From Planctomycetota bacterium (GTDB lineage: Bacteria > Planctomycetota > UBA1135 > UBA2386): a stretch of 64,000 nt of DNA. The position numbers and the translations under genes are program-made. Below, one piece after another: positions 30,192 through 39,132 of this stretch. Within the stretch, counting starts at the first letter, position 1. Each line of letters starts with the position of its first letter. The stretch is taken from the NCBI GenBank assembly GCA_050245995.1, contig JBFWWV010000001.1, forward strand, positions 175,437-239,436, given 5' to 3'. The notes under the pieces were generated by a model that made no database searches, was not told the DNA's origin, and saw only the letters and a list, made by a program, of their open reading frames with translations.

Positions 30192-30676
30192 CGCGTCACC
30201 AGCGGCAGGGCCGTGAAGCCGCGGGCCGCGGCCCAGAACGCGGCGAGCGCGCAGGCGCCGCCGGCGTCCGGCGCGGTGATGACCTGCAGGCAGTCGCGCC
30301 ACAGCTCGGCGCGGTCCTGGGTCGAGGGGCGCGGCGCGCCGAACGGGTGGCTGTGGGCGAACCCGAGCACCTCGAGGCCGCGCGCGAGCAGCCGGGCGCG
30401 AGCCGCGAGGAACTCCAGCGGGTCGAACGCGAACCGTCGGCCGGCCACGTCGGCGTCGGCCCGGTTCTCCAGCGCGACGAACTCCAGCACCCGCAGCTCC
30501 GAACCGCGGCGCCGGCCGCCGAGCACGCCGCCGGACTCGCGCGGCAGCAGGCGCAGCGCCGCCGCACACAGATCGCGGTGCACGGTCGGCAGCATCGCCA
30601 CGGCGGTCGGCGCAGCCGGCGCCAACGCTGTTGCGTTCGGGCCGTAGAAGGCGTCTCCTGCCGTGCGAGTGGTCAT
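30188..30676 (-). CDS. JAB/MPN (Mov34) domain metalloprotein
   Basis: ORF 30188..30676. JAMM motif GFAHSHPFGAPRPSTQD, with upstream E (LPRESGGVL). The true start may be the internal ATG (MLPTVHRDL, about 30595), because 30676 overlaps the divergent M28 start. Confidence 0.7.
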   Translation of the reverse strand: MTTRTAGDAFYGPNATALAPAAPTAVAMLPTVHRDLCAAALRLLPRESGGVLGGRRRGSELRVLEFVALENRADADVAGRRFAFDPLEFLAARARLLARGLEVLGFAHSHPFGAPRPSTQDRAELWRDCLQVITAPDAGGACALAAFWAAARGFTALPLVTR

Positions 30677-32234
30677 CCGAGTTGCCGTTGTTGCCCGGGC
30701 GTGGCTGTGGGCCGCGGTCGCCGCCGCCGTGCCCGCGGCGGAGCCGCCCGGGATCGGCCCGCAGGAGGTCCCCGCGTCGAGCCGGGGCGCGCCGCCGGCG
30801 ACCGCGGACGCGGCGGCAGCATACCGCGAAGTGCTGACGCGGCTGTGCGATCCGGAGATGGGCGGCCGCTCTGCCGGCAGCCCGGGCGGTGCGCGCGCGA
30901 TCGCCTGGATCGAGGGTCGGCTGCTCGCGCTGGGCCTCGAACCTGCGGTCGGCGAGAGCCTGCGTCAGGAGTTCGCGGTGCCCGAGCCGCTGCCGCCGGT
31001 CGTGCTGCCGGCGACCGCGTGCGCGCTGCTGGGCCCTGTGCCGCGGGCGCTGGCGCCGCGCGAGTTCGAGCCGTTCCCGTTCAGCCCCGACGGTCGCGTG
31101 TCGGCCGAGGTCGTGTTCGCGGGGCACGGGCTGGTGATCCCGGAGCTCGGGCTCGACGACTACCGCGACCTCGACGTGCGCGACAAGGTGGTGCTGCTGC
31201 TGCGTGGCGGCCCCGACTGGCGCGCCGACGGTGCGCCGGTGCGGCGCCACATGGCGCGCCTGTCGTTCCGCAGCAAGACGGCCGAGGCGGCGAATCGCGG
31301 CGCCGCCGCGGTGCTGATGGTCGAGCGCGGCGATCGGGCCACGGGCGCGCTCGACGCCGGCGTCGTGCGCCGCTGCCAGGGCGGCGCGGCGGTGCCGTTC
31401 GTCTGGCTGGATCGCGACGCCGTGGCGCCGTGGTTCGAGCACGGGCTCGACGACGCGCAGCGGCGGCTCGACCGCGGCGAGGCGCCGGTCCCGCTGCGCG
31501 CCGGCGCCGCCATCGAGCTCGACGTGGCGCTGCAGCGGCATCCGCCGCGGCTCACCGCCAACGTGCTCGCCCGCCTGCGCGGGCGCGTCGACGGCGACCG
31601 CGACGAGATCGTGGTGGTGGCGGCGCACCACGATCACATCGGGCGCGGCGAGATCGGCTCCCTCGGCCGGGGCGAGGAGATCGGTCGCCTGCATCCCGGC
31701 GCCGACGACAACGCGAGCGGCGTGGCCGCCCTGCTCGAGCTGGCGCGGCGCTGGCGCGACCGCGGCGCCGGTCGGCGCACGCTGGTGTTCGCCGCGTTCG
31801 GCGCCGAGGAGATCGGCCAGGCCGGCAGCCGCTGGCTGCTCGATCACCCGCCGGCGGGCGGTGTGGTGGTCGCGATGCTGGACCTCAACATGATCGGCCG
31901 CGCCGCGAGCAACGGGGCGACGGTCTACGGCGTCGGCACCGGCGAGGGGCTGGACCATGTGGTGACCGCTGCCGGCGCCCGGCTGCCGGAGCTGCGGCTG
32001 GAACTGCGCGATCGCACCAGCTACCGCTCGGACCAGAGCCGCTTCCTCGGCGCGGGGATTCCGGCCCTGCTGATCACGACCGGCCTGCACGCGCAGTACC
32101 ATCGCCCGGCCGACGTGCCGGAGCTGGTCGAGGTCGACGCCGCTCTGCAGGTGGTGGACCTCGCGGACGCGGTGCTGCGCGAGCTGGTGGACGGCCCGCG
32201 GCGCCGGTTCGTGCCGGCGCGCGACCGCAAGTAA
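30663..32234 (+). CDS. M28-family aminopeptidase with PA (protease-associated) insert
   Basis: Signal-like start. VVAAHHDHIG, HPGADDNASGVAALLELAR, FAAFGAEEIGQAGS, LDLNMIG, YHRPAD. PA-like DLDVRDKVVLLLRG. Confidence 0.85.
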   Translation: MRVVIRVAVVARAWLWAAVAAAVPAAEPPGIGPQEVPASSRGAPPATADAAAAYREVLTRLCDPEMGGRSAGSPGGARAIAWIEGRLLALGLEPAVGESLRQEFAVPEPLPPVVLPATACALLGPVPRALAPREFEPFPFSPDGRVSAEVVFAGHGLVIPELGLDDYRDLDVRDKVVLLLRGGPDWRADGAPVRRHMARLSFRSKTAEAANRGAAAVLMVERGDRATGALDAGVVRRCQGGAAVPFVWLDRDAVAPWFEHGLDDAQRRLDRGEAPVPLRAGAAIELDVALQRHPPRLTANVLARLRGRVDGDRDEIVVVAAHHDHIGRGEIGSLGRGEEIGRLHPGADDNASGVAALLELARRWRDRGAGRRTLVFAAFGAEEIGQAGSRWLLDHPPAGGVVVAMLDLNMIGRAASNGATVYGVGTGEGLDHVVTAAGARLPELRLELRDRTSYRSDQSRFLGAGIPALLITTGLHAQYHRPADVPELVEVDAALQVVDLADAVLRELVDGPRRRFVPARDRK

Positions 32235-32253
32235 CGCCCGCCCGACTGCCCGC

Positions 32254-32331
32254 CCGTTCGACTGCACCGTTCGACTGCACCGCTCGACTGCACAGCCCTA
32301 CTGCACTGCCCTACTGCACTGCCCTACTGGG
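32254..32331. repeat. 13-bp tandem repeat array, ~6 units in two subfamilies
   Basis: cgttcgactgcac x2, cgctcgactgcac, agccctactgcac, tgccctactgcac, tgccctactgggg. Lies in the 112-bp gap between the M28 stop and the PLP-enzyme start. Confidence 0.85.
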
Positions 32332-32346
32332 GCGGCCCCGCACTCC

Positions 32347-33513
32347 ATGCACCCACCGCTCTACGGCACGCCCGCTCCCGACGAGGTCCCGCTCGGCGCG
32401 TTGTCCCAGCCGCTCGACCGCGCCTCGACCGCGGCACAGCCGGACGCCGATACGGTGCGCGCGCTGGGCGCGGGCGAGCGGCGCGCGCCGTTCTACCAGC
32501 GGCTCTGTCACCCCAACGGCGTGCGCTTCGAGAGCCTCGTGGCCGCGCGCGAGGGCGCCGACGGCGCCGTCGCGTTCGCGAGCGGGATGGCAGCGATGAG
32601 CGCCGCGCTGCTGGCGCACCTGAGCGCCGGCGACCGCGTGCTGATCGCACGCGAGATCTACGGCGGCACCGACGCGCTGGCGACGCACGACCTGCCGCGC
32701 TTCGGCATCGACGTCGAGCGGTTCCCGGCGCTGGCCGCGGGCGCGCTCGAGCGCGCGCTGCAGCGGCCGGCGCGCGCGGTGGTGTTCGAGACGCCGATCA
32801 ATCCGACCCTGCGGCTGGTCGACCTGCGCGCGGTCGCCGACCTGTGCCGGGCGCGCGGCGCGCTGTCGATCGTCGACGGGACCTTCGCGCCGCCGCCGGT
32901 GCAGCAGCCGCTGGCGCACGGCGTCGATCTGGTCGTGCACTCGGCCACCAAGTTCTACGGCGGCCACTCCGACGTGCTGGCCGGCGTCGTCGCGGGGCGA
33001 CACGAGCTGCTCGGGCCGATCGAAGGCCTGCGGCGGCGCACCGGCGGCGTGCTCGGTCCCGACGCGGCGTGGCTCCTGTGTCGGTCGTACCCGACCATGG
33101 ATCTGCGCCTCGCGGCGCAGCAGGCGGCCGCGCTCGAGCTGGCCGGTCGCCTGGGCCGGCTGCCGGCCGCGGTCGTGCGCGCGGTGCACCACCCGGGCCT
33201 CGACGAGCATCCGGACCACGCGCTCGCGTCGCGGCAGATGCGAGGCGGCGGCACGATGCTGAGCTTCGAGGTCGAGGGCGGCCTGCCGCGTGCGCGCGCG
33301 GTGTTCGACCGGTTCGAGCGCTTCGCGCGGGCGCCGTCGCTCGGCGGCGTCGAGTCGCTGGCGTCGCTGCCGGCCTACACGACCCACGCGTCGTTGACCG
33401 AGGAGGCGCGCCGCGCTGCGGGGATCCCGGAGGGGTTGGTGCGGCTGTCGGTCGGGCTCGAGGGGGTGGAGGTGCTCTGGGGGGATCTGCTGCGGGCGCT
33501 GGGAGTGGTCTAG
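32347..33513 (+). CDS. Cys/Met-metabolism PLP-dependent enzyme (cystathionine gamma-synthase/beta-lyase/methionine gamma-lyase family)
   Basis: FASGMAAMSAALL, VFETPINPTL, VHSATKFYGGHSD (PLP lysine), SLGGVESL, RLSVGLE. Confidence 0.9.
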   Translation: MHPPLYGTPAPDEVPLGALSQPLDRASTAAQPDADTVRALGAGERRAPFYQRLCHPNGVRFESLVAAREGADGAVAFASGMAAMSAALLAHLSAGDRVLIAREIYGGTDALATHDLPRFGIDVERFPALAAGALERALQRPARAVVFETPINPTLRLVDLRAVADLCRARGALSIVDGTFAPPPVQQPLAHGVDLVVHSATKFYGGHSDVLAGVVAGRHELLGPIEGLRRRTGGVLGPDAAWLLCRSYPTMDLRLAAQQAAALELAGRLGRLPAAVVRAVHHPGLDEHPDHALASRQMRGGGTMLSFEVEGGLPRARAVFDRFERFARAPSLGGVESLASLPAYTTHASLTEEARRAAGIPEGLVRLSVGLEGVEVLWGDLLRALGVV

Positions 33514-33537
33514 TTGGGTTCTCGCGCCGGGTGTGCC

Positions 33538-33738
33538 CCGGCCCTAGCCCTTGGCCCAAGCCCAAGCCCTAGCCTTTGCCTTTGCCCGAGCCTTTGCCTT
33601 TGCCCTGGCTGTGCGGTCGGCATCACTTCGCGGATGCTCTCTGCTTGGGGCGTGAGGGACGCATTCGCGACTCCAGCCAGCCGGCAATGCTCGGAGACCT
33701 GCGAGGGCCAGGGCCAGGGCTAGGGCAAAGGCAAGGCC
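33538..33738. repeat. Degenerate hexamer microsatellite (~12 units) with an inverted partner tract ~95 nt downstream
   Basis: 33538-33610: gccctagcccttggcccaagcccaagccctagcctttgcctttgcccgagcctttgcctttgccctgg. 33704-33738: agggccagggccagggctagggcaaaggcaaggcc, which is its reverse complement in kind. Intergenic. Confidence 0.8.
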
Positions 33739-33781
33739 AACGGCGGAGCAGCCGCGCCTCAGCGCGGCCGCTCCGCCGTTG
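33738..33781 (+). promoter_or_regulatory. Near-perfect 19-bp stem hairpin about 30 nt upstream of hutU start
   Basis: caacggcggagc/gctccgccgttg (12 bp) plus inner gccgcgc/gcgcggc (7 bp), loop ctca. No T-run after it. Confidence 0.5.
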
Positions 33782-33813
33782 CCCGGATCGCCGCGACTTG
33801 CTTGGCTGTACAC

Positions 33814-35457
<1,644 letters not shown>

Positions 35458-35461
35458 GGCC

Positions 35462-35482
35462 ACGGCGGCGCGCGGCCGCCGT
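35462..35482 (+). terminator. Short GC hairpin 5 nt after hutU stop
   Basis: acggcggc-gcgcg-gccgccgt. No T-run. Confidence 0.35.
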
Positions 35483-35551
35483 TCCCGAAGTGCGGCCGAG
35501 GGAAAAGTCTTGGTGGCCACAAGTCCGACAAGATGATGCACCACCGCATCG

Positions 35552-36313
35552 ATGTTCCGCTCCCGTAAGGACAAACAGGCTGCCTCCGCGCGCGAGCTGC
35601 GCGACGACATGGTCGTGATCGTCGATCGCGCCGTGAACCCGTACCTGGTGCTGTTCCACGAGCCGGCGTCGTACCGCGCCGAACAGGTGCGGGCGCTGCG
35701 CAACCGTCTGGTGGCGCTCAATCCCGACGGCGAGCCCAAGACCCTGGTGGTGACCTCGGCGGGCCGCAGCGAGGGCAAGACCGTCACCGCCCTCAACCTG
35801 GCGATGGCGCTCGCCGAGCTCGAGCGCCAGCAGGTGCTGATCGTCGACGCCGACCTGCGGCGCCCGTCGGTCGAGCACTACCTGAACATCAACCCGGCGG
35901 CTGGCCTCAGCGACCTGCTGCTCGGCAACACGTCGCTGGACAAGGCCCTGCGGCCGGTCGGCTTCCGCCGGCTGATGCTGCTCGGCGCCGGCACGCGCGT
36001 CGGCAACCCGGCCGAGGTGCTCGGGACGTCGCGGCTCGACGAGCTGTTCGCGCGGCTCAAGGAGCGCTTCCAGTACATCGTCATCGACACGCCGCCGGTG
36101 CTGCCGTCGACCGACGCCGGGGTGCTCGCGGCGCGGGCCGACGGGACGCTGTTCGTCCTGCGGCTCGAGCACACTCTCAAGGGGCGCGCGCGCGACGCGA
36201 TCCGCACGCTGCAGGACCTCGGCGCCAACGTGCTCGGCACGTTCGTCAGCGAGCTGCGCGGCGCCGATCCGGACACCGACCCCGAACTGCGCTACGGCAG
36301 CCTGGAGGAATGA
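35552..36313 (+). CDS. BY-kinase-type (CpsD/CapB/Wzc C-terminal domain) P-loop ATPase, lacking a C-terminal tyrosine cluster
   Basis: HEPASYRAEQVRALRNRL, Walker A VTSAGRSEGKT, Walker A' VLIVDADLRRP, Walker B YIVIDTPPV. The C-terminal tail ELRGADPDTDPELRYGSLEE has a single Tyr. No TM segment, and no Wzz-like partner nearby. Confidence 0.75.
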   Translation: MFRSRKDKQAASARELRDDMVVIVDRAVNPYLVLFHEPASYRAEQVRALRNRLVALNPDGEPKTLVVTSAGRSEGKTVTALNLAMALAELERQQVLIVDADLRRPSVEHYLNINPAAGLSDLLLGNTSLDKALRPVGFRRLMLLGAGTRVGNPAEVLGTSRLDELFARLKERFQYIVIDTPPVLPSTDAGVLAARADGTLFVLRLEHTLKGRARDAIRTLQDLGANVLGTFVSELRGADPDTDPELRYGSLEE

Positions 36314-37104
36314 CCGTCGTGGCGGGGTTCAGGGAGGCGCTGAAGCAGGCGGTGCGGCAGATCGCGTTCCGCACCGACCTCGACTCCCTGAAGCGTCAGG
36401 GCGTCGAGCAGGTCAGCGTGCTCGGCATCGACCGTATCGTCGCGTTGGTCGAGGAGGCGGTGCACCGGAGCCTCAAGAGCCGGCTGGTCGGCATCGAGCG
36501 CGAGGCCGTCGCCGACGCCACCAAGTCCGAGTTCCTGCGCCTGCTGCGCACCAACCAGGACCTGCAGCGCGAGAAGTCGGAGCTCGAGCGCCTGAAGGAG
36601 CGCGCCGAGGACGAGGTCGACCAGCTGCGCCGCGAGCTCGGCGCCGAGAAGCAGGCGCTGGAGCAGCGGCTGCAGTGGAACAGCCTGGCCGACACCTCGC
36701 GCTACGAGGGCGAGAACGCCGCGATCGCCGTCAAGGTGCGCGACATGATCGGCCACATGTTCGACGACGGCGCCGACGCCACCGTGCTGCGCGACCGCGT
36801 GCTGGCGCTGGTGATCGACACCGTCGACAAGGAGCGCCGCTCGGCCGACCAGGCGCGCCGCGCGCTGCGCGACCGCGAGGTCGAGAACCTGCAGCGGCGC
36901 ATCGAGAAGCTGACGCAGTCGCTCGACACCACCGAGCACCGCCTGCGGCAGGTCGCGGCGATGAAGAACATCGACGACGGGATCTCGTCGATCTACCGCG
37001 AGGTCCAGGGCCTCAGCGCCGAGGCCGCCGACTTCGGCAAGAAGAAGGAACTGATGTCCGCCATCTTCCAGGCCAACATGCGCCTGCAGAAGCGGGCGAA
37101 GTGA
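36310..37104 (+). CDS. Cytoplasmic coiled-coil protein, unknown function
   Basis: ATGA overlap with the upstream ATPase gene. Long heptad-like charged stretches (LRTNQDLQREKSELERLKERAEDEVDQLRRELGAEKQALEQRLQ; RALRDREVENLQRRIEKLTQSLDTTEHRLRQ). No TM or signal peptide. Confidence 0.6.
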   Translation: MTVVAGFREALKQAVRQIAFRTDLDSLKRQGVEQVSVLGIDRIVALVEEAVHRSLKSRLVGIEREAVADATKSEFLRLLRTNQDLQREKSELERLKERAEDEVDQLRRELGAEKQALEQRLQWNSLADTSRYEGENAAIAVKVRDMIGHMFDDGADATVLRDRVLALVIDTVDKERRSADQARRALRDREVENLQRRIEKLTQSLDTTEHRLRQVAAMKNIDDGISSIYREVQGLSAEAADFGKKKELMSAIFQANMRLQKRAK

Positions 37105-37132
37105 GCTACCGACAGACCCAGGAAGGATTGAG

Positions 37133-38230
37133 ATGACCGACGAGACGACCATGACTCCGCCGCAGCCGACCACGGAACCCGCCGCGCCCAAGAAGGAACA
37201 CGGCGTGCTCTACATCGGCATGGACCTCGGCACCTCCCGCACGTCGGTGTCCGCCAGCAACGGCGTGCGCGAGTCCGTGTACTCGGTGGTGGGCTACCCG
37301 AAGGACGTCGTCAGCCGCAAGCTGCTGAAGAAGGACGTCCTGTTCGGCAAGGAGGCCATCGAGAAGCGCCTGTCGCTGAAGATGTTCAAGCCGCTCGAGA
37401 AGGGCGTGCTGAAGTACACCGGCGACGGCTCGATGACCGACGAGGCCAAGCAGAACCTCAAGGCCGCCAAGGACCTGATCGGCGAGGCCATCCGTCTGGC
37501 GCGGCCGCGCAAGGACGAGCTGGTCTACTGCGTCATCGGCGCGCCGGCCGAGGCCTCGATCAAGAACAAGGAGGCCATCATCGAGGCCGCGCGCGAGCAC
37601 GTCGACTCGGTGATGCTGTGCAGCGAGCCGTTCTCGGTCGCCTACGGCCTCGACTGGCTCGAGGACGTGCTGGTCATCGACATCGGCGCCGGCACCACGG
37701 ACCTCTGCCGAATGCACGGCACGATGCCGGAGGAGACCGACCAGGAGATGTTCGACATCGCCGGCGACGCCGTCGACGCCGAGCTGGCGCGCCTGATCCG
37801 CGAGACCTGCCCCGGGGCGCAGTTCTCCGAGCTGATGATCAAGGAGATCAAGGAGCGCCACTCGTTCGTCGGCGACACCGCCGAGCGCGTGAAGGTCGAG
37901 CTGCCCGTCGACGGCAAGCCGACGCAGTTCGACATCACCGACCAGATCCAGAAGGCCTGCTCGATCCTGATCGACCCGATCGTGCAGGGCATCCGCACGC
38001 TGATCGGCACCTTCGACCCCGAGTTCCAGGCCAGGCTGAAGAACCGCGTGCTGCTCGCCGGCGGCGGCTCGCTGGTCAAGGGGCTCGACGGCGCGGTCGA
38101 GAAGGCCATGCGCGAGCAGCTCGGCGGCGGCCGCGTGATCCGCATCGAGGAGCCGATCTACGGCGGCGCCAACGGCGCGCTGAAGATCGCCCACGACATG
38201 CCCGAGGAGTTCTGGGAGAAGCTCAAGTAG
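37133..38230 (+). CDS. MamK-family bacterial actin (MreB/ParM superfamily ATPase)
   Basis: RBS AGGAAGGA before the ATG. Phosphate-1 IGMDLGTSRT, SVVGYPKDV, CSEPFSVAYGLD, phosphate-2 VIDIGAGTTDLC, HSFVG, adenosine LLAGGGS, C-terminal GGANGALKIAHDMPEEFWEKL. These blocks line up with MamK as I remember it (SVVGYPKDV, VSEPFMVGYGLD, IVDIGAGTTDIC, FSFVG, FAGGGS, ...PPQYWRQL). Confidence 0.85.
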   Translation: MTDETTMTPPQPTTEPAAPKKEHGVLYIGMDLGTSRTSVSASNGVRESVYSVVGYPKDVVSRKLLKKDVLFGKEAIEKRLSLKMFKPLEKGVLKYTGDGSMTDEAKQNLKAAKDLIGEAIRLARPRKDELVYCVIGAPAEASIKNKEAIIEAAREHVDSVMLCSEPFSVAYGLDWLEDVLVIDIGAGTTDLCRMHGTMPEETDQEMFDIAGDAVDAELARLIRETCPGAQFSELMIKEIKERHSFVGDTAERVKVELPVDGKPTQFDITDQIQKACSILIDPIVQGIRTLIGTFDPEFQARLKNRVLLAGGGSLVKGLDGAVEKAMREQLGGGRVIRIEEPIYGGANGALKIAHDMPEEFWEKLK

Positions 38231-38236
38231 GAGCAT

Positions 38237-38640
38237 GCTGCGGTGCAAGTGAGGGCGCCGAAGGCGCCCTCACGCACCGCGCGCACGGACGCGGTCCGCG
38301 CGCCAGAGCCGATCGGACGTCAGGGCGCGGGGACACAACACCCGGATCGGGCGCATCCGCGGGACTCGGAACGCAGCTGCTTCGGGGCCGCAGCGGCCGG
38401 TCCGGCTGGCACGAGGCGCGCCGCGTCAGCACATCCGCAATAGCTGGAGCAGCGGACGCGTCACGCCGCGTGCGGGCCGGCCCTTGGCCGCTGCTGCGGC
38501 CCCGACGCTCGGGCGGGGTCGCGCTCTTGCTGCCCGCGAGAGCGGGGGCAGCAAAGCTGAATACCAGGAAGTCGGGACGCGAGAGCTGACGCTTACAGCC
38601 CAGCTAGCGGCTCCGGCTCGGCGCGTAGCCTCGCGCGCCG
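38237..38640 (+). repeat. Left arm of a ~400-bp imperfect inverted repeat
   Basis: Hand alignment to the reverse complement of 39125-39514. Long shared blocks include gacgcggtccgcgcgc, gcagcggc-ggtccggctggcac, and gcgtgcgggccggccc-tggccgctgct...ctgcccgcgaga-gggggcagcaaagctgaa...cgcgagagctgacg. Begins 7 nt after the stop at 38230. Confidence 0.8.
38249..38273 (+). terminator. Perfect 11-bp hairpin 19 nt after the actin-gene stop (inside the left inverted repeat)
   Basis: gtgagggcgcc-gaa-ggcgccctcac. No T-run. Confidence 0.45.
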
Positions 38641-38718
38641 CGGCATCTGCGCGGAACCTCGGTGGGAGCCTGCGAGCGGGCAATCGCATCGTCGCCGGCG
38701 CAGGGAGCGGTCTCGTTG

Positions 38719-39132
38719 ATGGTGAGGATCGCAGTGGAGGAGGCGTTGCGGGTGCTGGCGCGCGCCGAGGTCGACGCGTTGGCGGAGCTGTGCGGGTCCC
38801 GCGACGCAGCGGCGCGGCACCTGACGATGTTCGTGCTGGGGCACGCGCGGGATGCCGGCGCGGTCCCGGCGCTGCTGCGCGTGCTCGTGCACCAGCAGGA
38901 CGACTTCGATCACGACTGGTTCGATCACGATTGGGCGTTCGAGGCGATCGCGCAGCTCGGACCGGTCGCGCTCGAACCGCTGGCGCGCGTGGCGCTCGAG
39001 GGCGGCGACACCGAGGCTGAGCACGCCACGCAGGCCCTCGGCCAGTGCCACGGCCCTGGGGTCTGGCCGCAGCTCGAACGCATCCACCGTCAACGTCGAC
39101 CGCTGCCCCGCGGCTTCTACGCCGCCTGCTAG
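38719..39132 (+). CDS. Small HEAT/PBS-lyase-type repeat protein
   Basis: In frame within ORF 38662..39132; ATG 38719 preferred (MVRIAVEEALRVL). AARHLTMFVLGHARDAGAVPALLRVL and AFEAIAQLGPVALEPLARVALEGG are HEAT-like. Contains a duplicated FDHDW. Confidence 0.45.
   Translation: MVRIAVEEALRVLARAEVDALAELCGSRDAAARHLTMFVLGHARDAGAVPALLRVLVHQQDDFDHDWFDHDWAFEAIAQLGPVALEPLARVALEGGDTEAEHATQALGQCHGPGVWPQLERIHRQRRPLPRGFYAAC

Noticed and set aside
32254-32331. CRISPR array (also considered for 53236-53295, 33538-33610 and 1045-1149)
   Set aside because: The repeats are 6-15 bp, directly abutting with no spacers. No cas genes are in the window.
33538-33610. Coding potential of the hexamer tract (AKAKARAKAKARAWAWAKG at the end of ORF 33544..35796)
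   Set aside because: It belongs to an antisense shadow ORF over hutU. The tract is intergenic relative to the well-supported genes on both sides.
35552-38230. Calling this a magnetosome gene cluster because of the MamK-like actin
   Set aside because: No other mam/mms-like genes (MamA, B, E, I, L, M, O, P, Q) are recognisable anywhere in the window. Only the actin family assignment is supported.
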